A stretch of DNA of 64,000 bases, from positions 23,686-87,685 of the forward strand of contig CAYQTT010000014.1 in NCBI GenBank assembly GCA_964420555.1. Direction: 5' to 3'. The notes under the pieces were generated by a model that had not been told where the DNA came from, did no database searches, and saw nothing but the letters and a program-made list of their open reading frames with translations. The DNA is from an uncultured Lentimicrobiaceae bacterium. Lineage in GTDB: Bacteria; Bacteroidota; Bacteroidia; Bacteroidales; UBA4417. The position numbers were made by a program, and so were the translations under genes. This document shows positions 30,215-40,455 of this stretch, in pieces (the first letter of the stretch is position 1; each line of letters starts with the position of its first letter).

Positions 30215-31426
30215 ATGATATTTATGAATACAGTTAAAATTGGAGATACGTTTGAGAAAAAATCACATGATGTGATTGTAAAGGCTATAGAGAATGGTGA
30301 ATTGGGTATCTCTGAATCAGCATCAAGAGTATTTCAGAAAAAGGGTTATTATTCTCGTGACAGAGAGAAAGCTATAATATTTGATTTGTCAATTGAAGTA
30401 TGGCCTACAAATGCAGAAAGGTATACATTGCTGTATTTAATTGAATGTAAAAGTTCAAACTCAAAGAAAGTACCTGTTGATGATATAGAAGAGTTTTATT
30501 CCAAAATTATCCAAGTTTCCGGGGTCAATGTTAAAGGAGTCTTGATTTCTGACAATTCATTTCAGGAAGGAGTTGTGACTTTTGCAAAAAACAGAGGCAT
30601 CATGCTAATTGAAGTTAGCAAAATAGGAGAACATAATATTATCCTACACAGAACCAATCGGGGTATTGATGATATAAAAGACAAGGATATTGATTCAATT
30701 TTTGAAAAATTTATAAAAAGGGCTTTTGGGCCCCAAAAAATAGAAGGATTACAAAAACTATCATCAGATCAAATTGAAAATAAGGCAAATATTTTACATA
30801 GCGAATATTCAAGAAGCCGAAAACCAATTGTAATAGATGAGTTTATTGAATTTGTAACTCAAAAATATGGACTCAAGATTGATTTAATATGTGATCTGGA
30901 GACAATAAACGGGAAAAAGATTTTGGGATATTACTCAGTTAAGGAAAATACAATCTTTCTGGACCAATCACTTTTACTTACGAATCAAACAGCATTTGTA
31001 CTAGGTCATGAATTAGGCCATTTCTTTTTACATAAAGAATTGACTGTAAATCAGGAATTGTATAATGATTTTGAAGATTCAGAATATGATTTCTTTGCAG
31101 ACAAGCATATACTTAAAAACGACAAAAACTGGATCGAGTGGCAAGCAAATCGATTTGCGATCTCTTTGTTTTTACCTTCAGATTTGTTCCTTTATCATTT
31201 ATGTGACTACAGACAAAGTATCGGAATTAGTAGATACTTTCATATTTACTTGGATAACCAAAGGATTAATCAAGATGATTACAGGAAAACCGTTGATCAT
31301 CTGGCATACCTTTTTGGAATAAGTAAAACAGTCGTCAAGTATAGGATTGACGAATTAAAGATAATTACGCATGCAGAATCCAAGAATGATATTGGAAGTC
31401 ATATCAGAAGATTTCTGTTAGAATAG
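30215..31426 (+). CDS. Restriction-endonuclease-like domain fused to ImmA/IrrE metallopeptidase
   Basis: N-terminal FDLSIE...LIECKS and VPVDDIEEF (Mrr-like); C-terminal HELGH (HExxH) and EWQANRFA. Confidence 0.8.
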   Translation: MIFMNTVKIGDTFEKKSHDVIVKAIENGELGISESASRVFQKKGYYSRDREKAIIFDLSIEVWPTNAERYTLLYLIECKSSNSKKVPVDDIEEFYSKIIQVSGVNVKGVLISDNSFQEGVVTFAKNRGIMLIEVSKIGEHNIILHRTNRGIDDIKDKDIDSIFEKFIKRAFGPQKIEGLQKLSSDQIENKANILHSEYSRSRKPIVIDEFIEFVTQKYGLKIDLICDLETINGKKILGYYSVKENTIFLDQSLLLTNQTAFVLGHELGHFFLHKELTVNQELYNDFEDSEYDFFADKHILKNDKNWIEWQANRFAISLFLPSDLFLYHLCDYRQSIGISRYFHIYLDNQRINQDDYRKTVDHLAYLFGISKTVVKYRIDELKIITHAESKNDIGSHIRRFLLE

Positions 31427-31483
31427 ATAGAATAATTCGATTTAATAATTTTAGGGATTCTTCTTTGATTCTTACAATACTAA

Positions 31484-31921
31484 TTACAATAATTGAATTA
31501 CCTGACTTTCTATATTAACCTCTCTGAATTCATCTTTCCACTCAAATTTGAGTTCAATTTTGTCCGGAAAATTATCAACAAGTGCAATTGTAATTTCAAT
31601 GGACTGTTGCGGCCTGAGATCAATAGGACAAGGATTATTCATTACTTCATACAATTCATTTTCAGGGATAGTAACATTTACTGACCTGGCAATAGATTTG
31701 CCTGTGTTACAAATAATTATTCCATTAAGACCATCTCTTTTTTTTAAAACTTTCGCTTCCAGAATTGCACGAAGCGATTCAATTTTCTCTTTCTCAACTT
31801 TTTCAATCTGATATGCATTGATAAGCTTTTGCTGTTTTTTAATCTTCCTATCATGATTAAAATAGGTAAAGGCGGATAAAGATAATGCCAGAATTGAAAT
31901 CACTATTCCTGCTATTTCCAT
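31484..31921 (-). CDS. Hypothetical protein with N-terminal TM helix, coiled coil and beta domain
   Basis: IAGIVISILALSLSAFTYF TM segment, then a K/E-rich helix and a beta-rich C-terminus. Confidence 0.65.
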   Translation of the reverse strand: MEIAGIVISILALSLSAFTYFNHDRKIKKQQKLINAYQIEKVEKEKIESLRAILEAKVLKKRDGLNGIIICNTGKSIARSVNVTIPENELYEVMNNPCPIDLRPQQSIEITIALVDNFPDKIELKFEWKDEFREVNIESQVIQLL

Positions 31922-31971
31922 TTTAACGAGGTTATTAAATGACTATTTTTAATTTATAAGTATTTTAAATT

Positions 31972-32907
31972 TTAGTCTATTTGTGTTTGCAGATCTTTAG
32001 GCAAAACAGGAAAAGATAAATCGAAATTTTCCAGATCTGAAAGAAAAATAGTGAGTAAACGCTTTGCGTCAGCCAAATCTGTCCTTTCTGGACGATTTAA
32101 ATGATTTTGGAGATCACTGTATTTATTTTTGACCTGGATAGATAACTGAGGGATCTGTAATTTCTTTGATTTTATATACAGAAATTTTAAAATTAATAAT
32201 CCTAAACATGTGATATTGAAATTTTTAAAGTGAATAGTTGAGTCGTAGACTAATGTAGATGCAATACCAATGCATTGATTGCCAATTTCAATCAGTTGTT
32301 CATTGTTTTTCTGATCATTACTACCAGGGAAGAATTTTGTTGTTAACGAAAAAATGGTTTGTGCCATTTTTGTAGGTAGTCCACTACGTGTTTCATAAGA
32401 AACTAATGAGAGAAAAGAAAATACTTCAAATGCAATTCGTGAATTATTGAATTCGGAGAATTTATTTAATTTTTGAATAATGTAATTTCGATCCATTAGA
32501 ATACACTCATAGTATTCTTGCTTAATTCTGGTTATCTCCATTAAAACAAGAGCTGATGTGGCAGCTAAAATTAAATCTTCTGAAGTGAGATTTGCTATGG
32601 GATTATAAAGCTTTTTTAGTGAATTATTTCTATCATTTTGAATAACTGCGTAATGATGTTCTCGAAATTTGATAATTGCTTTTGGAGTAAGCTTTTTGCG
32701 AAGACTTCCTGTTACTGTTGCTTCGTTATGACAATCAAAACATAATAGGGCTAGATTTTCAAATTCATTATTTGAATTATTTCCGTCAATATGATGCATA
32801 TGGTCGCCACGCTTTTGGTCAACGCAGCAGAGCCTATTTGATTGAAAAAGCACTTCAGCTTCAATGTCTGCAGGAATTTTTATTCTTTTCGTTTTTTGAA
32901 TACTCAT
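31972..32907 (-). CDS. HNH endonuclease domain protein with helical C-terminal region
   Basis: CCVD...HMHHIDGNNSNNEFENLALLCFDCHNE; probable start at ATG 32907. Confidence 0.8.
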   Translation of the reverse strand: MSIQKTKRIKIPADIEAEVLFQSNRLCCVDQKRGDHMHHIDGNNSNNEFENLALLCFDCHNEATVTGSLRKKLTPKAIIKFREHHYAVIQNDRNNSLKKLYNPIANLTSEDLILAATSALVLMEITRIKQEYYECILMDRNYIIQKLNKFSEFNNSRIAFEVFSFLSLVSYETRSGLPTKMAQTIFSLTTKFFPGSNDQKNNEQLIEIGNQCIGIASTLVYDSTIHFKNFNITCLGLLILKFLYIKSKKLQIPQLSIQVKNKYSDLQNHLNRPERTDLADAKRLLTIFLSDLENFDLSFPVLPKDLQTQID

Positions 32908-33068
32908 ATAATTTTGGTTATTATTTTGCATTAGCTTAATTAATTCTGTTTGACTGACATATATTATTTATAATTATAGCTAGTTTTATAATCGAATTTG
33001 CAAACTACATTTCTAAACAATTTACTAAGGATTATCAATTCATAAGTATAACAGGTTTTGATTAATCA

Positions 33069-36000
33069 TTAATCCATCCATCCCTTAAAATCTCTTTTCA
33101 TTTCATCTTGCATTTCCTTTTTTGACCATTCAATTTTTCGTTCCCAAATTTTTATGTGTTCGGCATAGTCAAGAGGATTAGGTAATGTACTTATCATTTC
33201 GATGATGGATTTCAAAAAGTTAATTTCTTCTTCAATTTTTGGGACCCGGCTACCATGTGAAATCCCGCTTTCTTCTAACCAAAGGTGATCAATAAATTCT
33301 ACATCCTTATTCAGTAGTAGAAACTCTTTTAGAAAACGTAAAATTTGATTTTTGAACCTATATGTAACTACATTTAAAATAATATGGATATGTTGCTCTG
33401 ATGAATAATTTTTGCGAATGAATTGACTGATGTAATCAAATACTTTTTCCAAATCAGTTCCACCGAATTTTAACCCTTTAAATAAAACATTTGCTTGATG
33501 CTCCCAACTGGAATAAATTGGAGCTTTTTTAATTATTATTTCTAATGCTTTATCTAGTATGACTACATATTCCGGTAAGTGCCAAACAAACGAAAGATTT
33601 AACTTGTCGAATTTAAATTCGAGAAAACTTATTTCTTTTGTAGTTTCAAGTAAATATTCGATTAAAAAATTATGATCTACTGAAGATATTGCCTCCATTT
33701 CATTCCCATTATGATCATAGTAGCCATCCCTTTTTCGTTGTAAATAATAAACCTGTTTGAGCAAACCAATATTGTCAACAAAGTGGTAAATGCACTTTTT
33801 GCAAATTTCATGGTCAAATGAAATATCTGAATTCTCAATTTTCGATAAGAGAATCTCAGTAATATAGGTTAAAATATTTTTATGACTTTCTGCTGAAGGT
33901 GGCAAAGAAGACTTTAAGTTATTAAACTGCTTGTCAAATTTCAAGATAGTTTCAGGATTATACATATAAAATCTTCCACTAACTGAAAAAATGAAACCAA
34001 TATACTCTTGTAAAAAGAATTCATCGATGTAATCCGGATCTATAGCATCAAAAAATGTTTGCTTCCAAAATTGCTTTTGTTTATATTCAAATCTATTAAG
34101 ATGTAGGTATAGCTCCTTTAGATTAACTAATTTTTGGCGGATCGGATAAAAGATAATACTTCCGTAATTTAAATCAAATGAATATTTGCCTAGCATCATC
34201 AGTTCAAGCGATCTAAAGTAAAATTTAGACTCGGTTTCAGCAATTATATGAAACAAGTAGTTCAAACTAGTTTCTATCCAATATGAATCATGTGTTTTAG
34301 CAGCCGCTTTATAAATTAGATCTAATTGGCCAAAAGTTCCCTCAATAAAGCTAAAATCTTTGCCAGAAATGTAATTTTCAATTTCGGATTTTCGTTTCTG
34401 CTCCTGTTCATCATATGTAAGTTTTTCATCATCAAATTCTGAACTGAAAATTTTTGCAATGAGCATGGAATCAGATTTCAAAAACAGAGTCCAATCATTC
34501 AATAGTTGAATGTTATGCTCTTTCAATGTTTCGACGTAGGCAAATACTAATTTACAATGGGAGAAATTTTCAGGATCAAGATATTTAAGTATAAAACCAG
34601 TAATCAATATTTGTTCTTCTTCATAAACACTTGAATCTATGCTCCCTGAAGTCCAGGCATATTTATGAATGGCTTCAAGAACTTTATCTTCGTTTTCATT
34701 GAACAGAGTTATCAGTCTCGATAAAATCTTTTTCCTTAATTCCATTAAAGAATGAGTTTTAATCAAAACAAAATTGTAAATTATCATCTGGCCATTGCCT
34801 TTACTTTCTGTTTGATGAAAATCCCATGCAAGTAAAGAAGGTGCAATTGAAAGAAATAATTGGTCTGAAATTGTTTTTTCTCTATCAGTGAAATCATTGC
34901 TGTCAAGTATGTCAATCAGGATAGATTGACGTGGATAAGCAAATCTATAATCAAAGCGGTGAAAAGTTAAATTTTCTTTTAAATGTTTTAATGTTTCAGG
35001 TATTCTTGAGGGCTGACGAAACATCAATTTAAGTCCTAACCCGATTGCATCTTTTGTGTAAGGAGTATTATGATTCCAAAAATTTAAAAGTAATTTGAAA
35101 TATTCTGGAGCCCAGACAAAGTCGTTTACCTCATATGTATACTTAATGTCTAGAAGTTCGGTATTCTCTTTAATCAAGTTGTTTATCCAATTTTTAACAA
35201 ATAATAGTGTATCTACTTCCTTATAAAACCAGAATATTTCAAAAAATTTGTATAGGCCGTTTGTATTTACGTTTAATTTATTTTGAACTTCAGCAATCAA
35301 ACTTGTTATTCGATCTTTTAACTCTTCGTACCCAAAAGTATTTATCAAATCAATGAGTGTTTTATTGATTTTTGTATCATATTTTTCAATAAATGATACA
35401 AGCCAATCAGAATAATTGATAGATGCAGAATTTTCATCGATAAAAGTCTTATAAAATGCATAAGTTGCCAGAACCTGGTCCGACATTTTTGCAGCCTCTT
35501 TATAAAACACATCAACTAATTCAGCTTTCTCTAACTCGATAAAAGTTTCCCAAAGGTCATTCCAATTTACCTTAAAATGGATCTTCAACATCTCGTTAAC
35601 TTCTTCATTACTTCTGTCTAATACACCAAAAAATGAAAGCAATCCAAGGGCTCTGAGGTTGTCTGGCTTTTCTAAGAAGGAAATATCTGTTTTTACTTTC
35701 TGAAAATATTGGTCATATAGTAAAAAGACATTTTTGAGAATACTTATATCATCGTTTTGAAGAATGGAAGAAGTTGCCATCAAAGCGATACGACTATTCC
35801 CTTTAGATAAGGAAACAATTCTTTCCATAACTAATTGATCCAAAGATATGTTATCAGGTAATGATTTATTTATTATTTCAATTAGTTGTTTATCTTCGAA
35901 GGGCTTTATAATAATTTCATTATAAATAGCATTGAATAAGAATTTATCAAGATCTTTTCGGACGTAATCTCTAACCGTAATTATTATTTTGGTTGAGTTT

Positions 36001-36863
36001 TTATCTCTGCTATTAACAAACTGCAATAAATAATCTAAATTCGGTAAAGACTTGTTTGCGTCATCAAAAAAAATGATGTACTTATTGGTAGGCATAATAA
36101 AGGTTGTCAAATCTTCCCATAATGGAACCGGGCTACTCGCAATAACTCTAGGCTCATAATTATATTCGCTTTCAAAAATATGAGCCAAATGAACTGCAAG
36201 TTTTGATTTGCCTACACCTTGATTCCCAGTAATAATTAGGATGTCGTTTAACTGTAGAAAATCTCTAGCTTGATTAATTTCATCTTCACGTCCAGCAAAA
36301 GGATTGGTTAATGAAGGCTGAAGACCTTTTTCAGTTGTTTTAAGAAAATCAGGTAATGTATACAGTGTCCCTTTTGTTGTTTTTACACCTGGGATATATT
36401 TGTCTGCTAATCCAGGATAATAAACCAATCGAAAAGGTATTTCCTGTATTGAATAAATGACTAATTCAGTTTGAGGATTAAATTGCTTGATTTTTTCCTT
36501 TAACTCATTATGTTCAGAAGGATTAATTTTTTCAGTGAAAGCTAAAATTATTTTTGATATTTTAGAATTGTCAATTCTTGTGCTCTTTATATCAAAGCAA
36601 TGCTCAACATCATTTTTAAGTTTTTTAAAGAATGTTTCACCTTTGCTAAGTCTTTCTTGAGTTGTACATTCACAGAATATGTAATTATCTCCATCCTCAA
36701 AAAAACTATCGGGACGTCCTTTGCTTGTTTTGTTTTTTCCAATTACTGAACCAGGTGAACCGATAAAGCGATAGCCTTCCAGGTGCAGAAGGTGATTCAT
36801 CAATTTTTGAAATGTTGCTTGATCAATACTGGATAAGTGCTCTTCAATTATTGTAGTAATCAT
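33069..36863 (-). CDS. NLR-like STAND ATPase with N-terminal PD-(D/E)xK-type nuclease (Avs-like)
   Basis: GRPDSFF...IFCECTT nuclease-like motif; Walker A GNQGVGKS; Walker B IIFFDD; IIITVR sensor; GNSRIA; ~800-aa helical C-terminus. Confidence 0.75.
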   Translation of the reverse strand: MITTIIEEHLSSIDQATFQKLMNHLLHLEGYRFIGSPGSVIGKNKTSKGRPDSFFEDGDNYIFCECTTQERLSKGETFFKKLKNDVEHCFDIKSTRIDNSKISKIILAFTEKINPSEHNELKEKIKQFNPQTELVIYSIQEIPFRLVYYPGLADKYIPGVKTTKGTLYTLPDFLKTTEKGLQPSLTNPFAGREDEINQARDFLQLNDILIITGNQGVGKSKLAVHLAHIFESEYNYEPRVIASSPVPLWEDLTTFIMPTNKYIIFFDDANKSLPNLDYLLQFVNSRDKNSTKIIITVRDYVRKDLDKFLFNAIYNEIIIKPFEDKQLIEIINKSLPDNISLDQLVMERIVSLSKGNSRIALMATSSILQNDDISILKNVFLLYDQYFQKVKTDISFLEKPDNLRALGLLSFFGVLDRSNEEVNEMLKIHFKVNWNDLWETFIELEKAELVDVFYKEAAKMSDQVLATYAFYKTFIDENSASINYSDWLVSFIEKYDTKINKTLIDLINTFGYEELKDRITSLIAEVQNKLNVNTNGLYKFFEIFWFYKEVDTLLFVKNWINNLIKENTELLDIKYTYEVNDFVWAPEYFKLLLNFWNHNTPYTKDAIGLGLKLMFRQPSRIPETLKHLKENLTFHRFDYRFAYPRQSILIDILDSNDFTDREKTISDQLFLSIAPSLLAWDFHQTESKGNGQMIIYNFVLIKTHSLMELRKKILSRLITLFNENEDKVLEAIHKYAWTSGSIDSSVYEEEQILITGFILKYLDPENFSHCKLVFAYVETLKEHNIQLLNDWTLFLKSDSMLIAKIFSSEFDDEKLTYDEQEQKRKSEIENYISGKDFSFIEGTFGQLDLIYKAAAKTHDSYWIETSLNYLFHIIAETESKFYFRSLELMMLGKYSFDLNYGSIIFYPIRQKLVNLKELYLHLNRFEYKQKQFWKQTFFDAIDPDYIDEFFLQEYIGFIFSVSGRFYMYNPETILKFDKQFNNLKSSLPPSAESHKNILTYITEILLSKIENSDISFDHEICKKCIYHFVDNIGLLKQVYYLQRKRDGYYDHNGNEMEAISSVDHNFLIEYLLETTKEISFLEFKFDKLNLSFVWHLPEYVVILDKALEIIIKKAPIYSSWEHQANVLFKGLKFGGTDLEKVFDYISQFIRKNYSSEQHIHIILNVVTYRFKNQILRFLKEFLLLNKDVEFIDHLWLEESGISHGSRVPKIEEEINFLKSIIEMISTLPNPLDYAEHIKIWERKIEWSKKEMQDEMKRDFKGWMD

Positions 36864-36991
36864 CTAAACAGGATTTTGGAGAAAAGTGTTAGCATATTTT
36901 AACTTCAAATATATGTTGATTTTCTTCATTTTACTACTTGCTTTTAGATTAGTTTTAAACATCTTAATATAGCATTATTACAAAATACAGC

Positions 36992-37317
36992 TTATAAACT
37001 ATTTATAAATGTCTTTTTAACAACAGGGATTTTGAAAGTATATAGTTTCTTTAAATGTTTGATTAATTGCTCGTTTGTTAAAGATTTTTCAATATCGTCT
37101 AATACAAGAATTCAAGCTTCTTTATGCTCGTTAATGAAGTTGTAATTTAATTTGAATTTAATAAGTTCTTTTTACAGTTAAATGGGTCATTAATCTAATA
37201 TGGTGTTGAAAATTTCAATTTTTTTTTAAACAATACTTTAAGTCCATTTTTTGTTGAAAGATATTTATACACGATTGGATTCTCATGCCCGATCTGATTT
37301 ATATCAATAAAGTTCAT
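36992..37317 (-). pseudogene. Decayed DUF2971-like gene
   Basis: Manual translation MNFIDINQIGHENPIVYKYLSTKNGLKVLFKKKLKFSTPY*INDPFNC (TAG at 37195-37197), with further stops or shifts downstream. Confidence 0.55.
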
Positions 37318-37457
37318 CTTGCGACAATAAATTAAGAATTCCTGATGCTAAATGAAAGTGTAAAAATTATTCCAATACATTTTCGAAACTGAATTTAAAT
37401 TTTTAAATATAGACTTTAAAAATGACCTATAGAAACTGAAGTGCTCCATGCCTTTTA

Positions 37458-38246
37458 TCAAAGCTTTTCAAGAATCACAGCCCTGATCAATTTAAAAGCG
37501 GTATCCGGATTATACTCTGTATTAATCCTCAAGAGTCCCAGGATATCTTTACGGAATTCCAGATCGTTCATTTTGTTTTCCATATTGCTGATAAAGTCAT
37601 CACGCCGGATGGTTCGCCCTTCACTTTTCATGTATTCCTGATACGTTTTTATTATTAAGGCTATATCGGGATTGAGATTTGTGAGAGCATACCAAAGATC
37701 GAAGAGATCGCGGCCTTTGCGACGTTGATATAGTGCCCGGAGTTTTGTAGCCAGCAGTTCTTCAATTTTGTAAGTGCGGATATTGGCCTGCCCTGTAAAC
37801 CACGAATTGCTGATGTTCACTGGCATTTGATGATAACCCAGTACTGAAAAATGTTCACGGCAATTGATTTCAATTTTCAATTTCATTTTACGAACCGGTT
37901 CTGTTTCTGTGAGGTAGCGGTAATTCATTGTGGTCATGGAATCGCCCCTATCCACAGTGATTTTGCCATCAATGAAAGATAAAACTTTACGGAAGCGGGA
38001 AAGAACATCTCCAATCGGGGCCGGTGTTACCTGCACCAGGTCAATATCTTCGGAATACCTCACTTGTGGATGAAGCCATAATTTATGCAAAGCTGTTCCT
38101 CCGCGGAATGCAAGCTGTTCGGCCAGGAACTCGTCCTGATAGATAGCAATCAAAGCACGTTCGATAATAAGATCCTGTTCGACCTGTGCATCATCCGGCC
38201 ATTGGGCATTTTCCTTCCATTCGGTAATATAATTGCGTGGTATCAT
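37458..38246 (-). CDS. abiEii: AbiEii nucleotidyltransferase toxin
   Basis: QVEQDLII, AFRGGTALHK, RYSEDIDL, KLRALYQRRKGRDLFDL. Confidence 0.92.
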   Translation of the reverse strand: MIPRNYITEWKENAQWPDDAQVEQDLIIERALIAIYQDEFLAEQLAFRGGTALHKLWLHPQVRYSEDIDLVQVTPAPIGDVLSRFRKVLSFIDGKITVDRGDSMTTMNYRYLTETEPVRKMKLKIEINCREHFSVLGYHQMPVNISNSWFTGQANIRTYKIEELLATKLRALYQRRKGRDLFDLWYALTNLNPDIALIIKTYQEYMKSEGRTIRRDDFISNMENKMNDLEFRKDILGLLRINTEYNPDTAFKLIRAVILEKL

Positions 38247-39052
38247 ATGTCGCTTTCAACCTCCATATTTTTAATCAGTTTCCAGCGTTGGGAAACTTCC
38301 CCTTTTCGCTCTTTGCTTGTGGATAACGGAACCGGATGAATTTTTCGATCTGCTAACGCTTTTTCGACAGCGGCAGCCAGTTTTTCATTACCTAATTCAA
38401 TGTCCAGCAGATATCCTAGGCGCTGTATTGCAGCAGTAACCGGAAAACGTTTTGCAGTTTGTAACAAAACCGAAGGCTTCATTTCTTCAGCAAGCTCGCT
38501 AATAACGGCAGTTGCCCGATTGATAACCATCCAATTATTAAATAAAAGCAAATCAAGAGCGGTTAATTCCGGGGAAGAAACGTTAATATAACCGGCTTCG
38601 GTTTTTTTCTGGATGATATCGCTAACATCCCAGGAGTTTTTTACAAGGAAATTTATAGCAATCTTTCCAGTACTAATCTTACGCAATGCAGGTGGCCTGG
38701 TAATAATAAATGATTCCATAGGTTGCTGATGCGAAGATCCATGAAGAGCAGCCGCAGAAAGCAACCCTATATAATAAGGCTTTCCAAGCCATTTCATCAT
38801 CTGATCGATGAAGAAATACAAAGGGAGAATTCCCGAAGAAGCATACTCAGGCGGGATAACCACAAAGAAACCTTGCCGAACCTGTGCAATCTGGCCTTTT
38901 GATTTTAATCGGAAAAGGCTTTGGTTGATAGCATTTTCAGATATTGAGAATTTTGATCGCAGTTCATCCAGTGTGAAGGCATAGCGGCCTTTCCCTCTTA
39001 TTTTAAAGAGGTATTCCTGAATATTGGAAGCTGAAGCATGATCTATTTCCAT
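38243..39052 (-). CDS. abiEi: AbiEi antitoxin (type IV TA)
   Basis: wHTH start, YYIGLLSAAALHGSSHQ, VSSPELTALDL; 4-bp overlap with abiEii; probable start at 39052. Confidence 0.9.
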   Translation of the reverse strand: MEIDHASASNIQEYLFKIRGKGRYAFTLDELRSKFSISENAINQSLFRLKSKGQIAQVRQGFFVVIPPEYASSGILPLYFFIDQMMKWLGKPYYIGLLSAAALHGSSHQQPMESFIITRPPALRKISTGKIAINFLVKNSWDVSDIIQKKTEAGYINVSSPELTALDLLLFNNWMVINRATAVISELAEEMKPSVLLQTAKRFPVTAAIQRLGYLLDIELGNEKLAAAVEKALADRKIHPVPLSTSKERKGEVSQRWKLIKNMEVESDI

Positions 39053-39165
39053 ATTTGTGCGTAATTGCGTAATACTACGTTTTTCGTAATAATACGCAAA
39101 TGTAAACATTTTATTGTTGCGTTACTTAAAAGGATAAAATTAATGTACAAACCAGAGGTGATAAA

Positions 39166-39404
39166 CCAAATTATAAAACAGGGTAGGCAGGGTAGACACT
39201 TTTGGGCAAAAGGTTTTCGAAATTTCATAAAAAAGCTTCTGAATCAATAGAAAGATGGGCAAAAGCGAAGGAAAAATAATGAATTTTCTGCGCACTAATT
39301 TTTTCTTCTGTTTCGCTTGATGCAGTCTGGTTATAGAAAGAATTTTAAAAATAGTTATTTTTTTTAGTGAGAATTTGCCTACCCTGCCTACCCTGTACCT
39401 TACT
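39166..39404. repeat. Origin-like element copy 1 with 20-bp terminal inverted repeats
   Basis: CAGGGTAGGCAGGGTAGACA (39179-39198) and TGCCTACCCTGCCTACCCTG (39376-39395) around an AT-rich core. Confidence 0.85.
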
Positions 39405-40060
39405 CCAGCCCTTTTGGAAGGAGTTACCCACTATATATTTTTAATAATTACTTAATTTTCTTGAATTATAAGTAAAATATTCAGACATCGATCTGAATGA
39501 GAGAATGGCTCTCAATCTTGATTAAGAAATGTTGACCGGAAATGCATTTTGACATATGGATTTAGACTGTGTCAAAATGACAGATAATGACAGATTATTT
39601 TAGAAAACCTAACGTAGTGAATAATTAAGGCATACTTCCTCATATTTAAAAAGATAGTTTATTGAATAGCATATTAAAATGTTGTATACAATATTACTCA
39701 AATCAAACATAATTTGAGCAAAGTACAATCAACTGTGTTTACATATACATATATATCATGTGTCAGATTGTCACGTATTGATTAAAATATACAGATGTGT
39801 TTAAGTAATTGAATTCTGGCATAAGAGTTGAATTAAGTTCACTGAGGCAAAACTATTCTGTCGTGAAGCGAATGGTAAAGTGTTAATAAAAAAGGAATTG
39901 CGTATGACGTAGATTTACAAAAAAACAATGTACAAACTCTCAGCAGAAATAAATGCAAATGCAGTGAGAAATGTAAAAGAAAAACCAAACATTAGAAATC
40001 AGGTTGGAAATATCAATTGATGTAGAAAATAAACTAAAAACAAACTAAAAATATTAAAAA

Positions 40061-40396
40061 ATGAATAATCCAAAATTTCAAGTTTTCAAAAGTAATGCAA
40101 ATGCTCAGTATTATTACAAATTACGAGCAACTAATGGTGAAGTAATTTTAAGTGGTGAAGGTTATACCACCAAGCAAAACTGCCTAAATGGAATTACATC
40201 AGTAAAAGCCCATGCTCCTTATGACCAGTACTATGACAGGAAAGATGGTTATAATAATTACACCTTTAATCTTAAAGCTAGAAATAGTGAAATTATTGGT
40301 AGAAGTGAGAACTATACAACACGGGTGAATCGTGAAAATGGAATTGCTGCCGTAAAAAAGGATGCTCCTATTGCTCCAATTGAAGATTTAACTTAA
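40061..40396 (+). CDS. yegP: YegP/DUF1508 tandem-domain protein
   Basis: Two repeats of F.L.A.NxEII..SE.Y. Confidence 0.88.
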   Translation: MNNPKFQVFKSNANAQYYYKLRATNGEVILSGEGYTTKQNCLNGITSVKAHAPYDQYYDRKDGYNNYTFNLKARNSEIIGRSENYTTRVNRENGIAAVKKDAPIAPIEDLT

Positions 40397-40455
40397 TCTG
40401 TTAAACTACAAGGATTAAGTAAAGCAGTCATTTCTTTTTATAAAAGAGTAATACA

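Noticed and set aside
39928-40020. 30-aa ORF upstream of yegP
   Set aside because: Too short, no motif, no supporting context.
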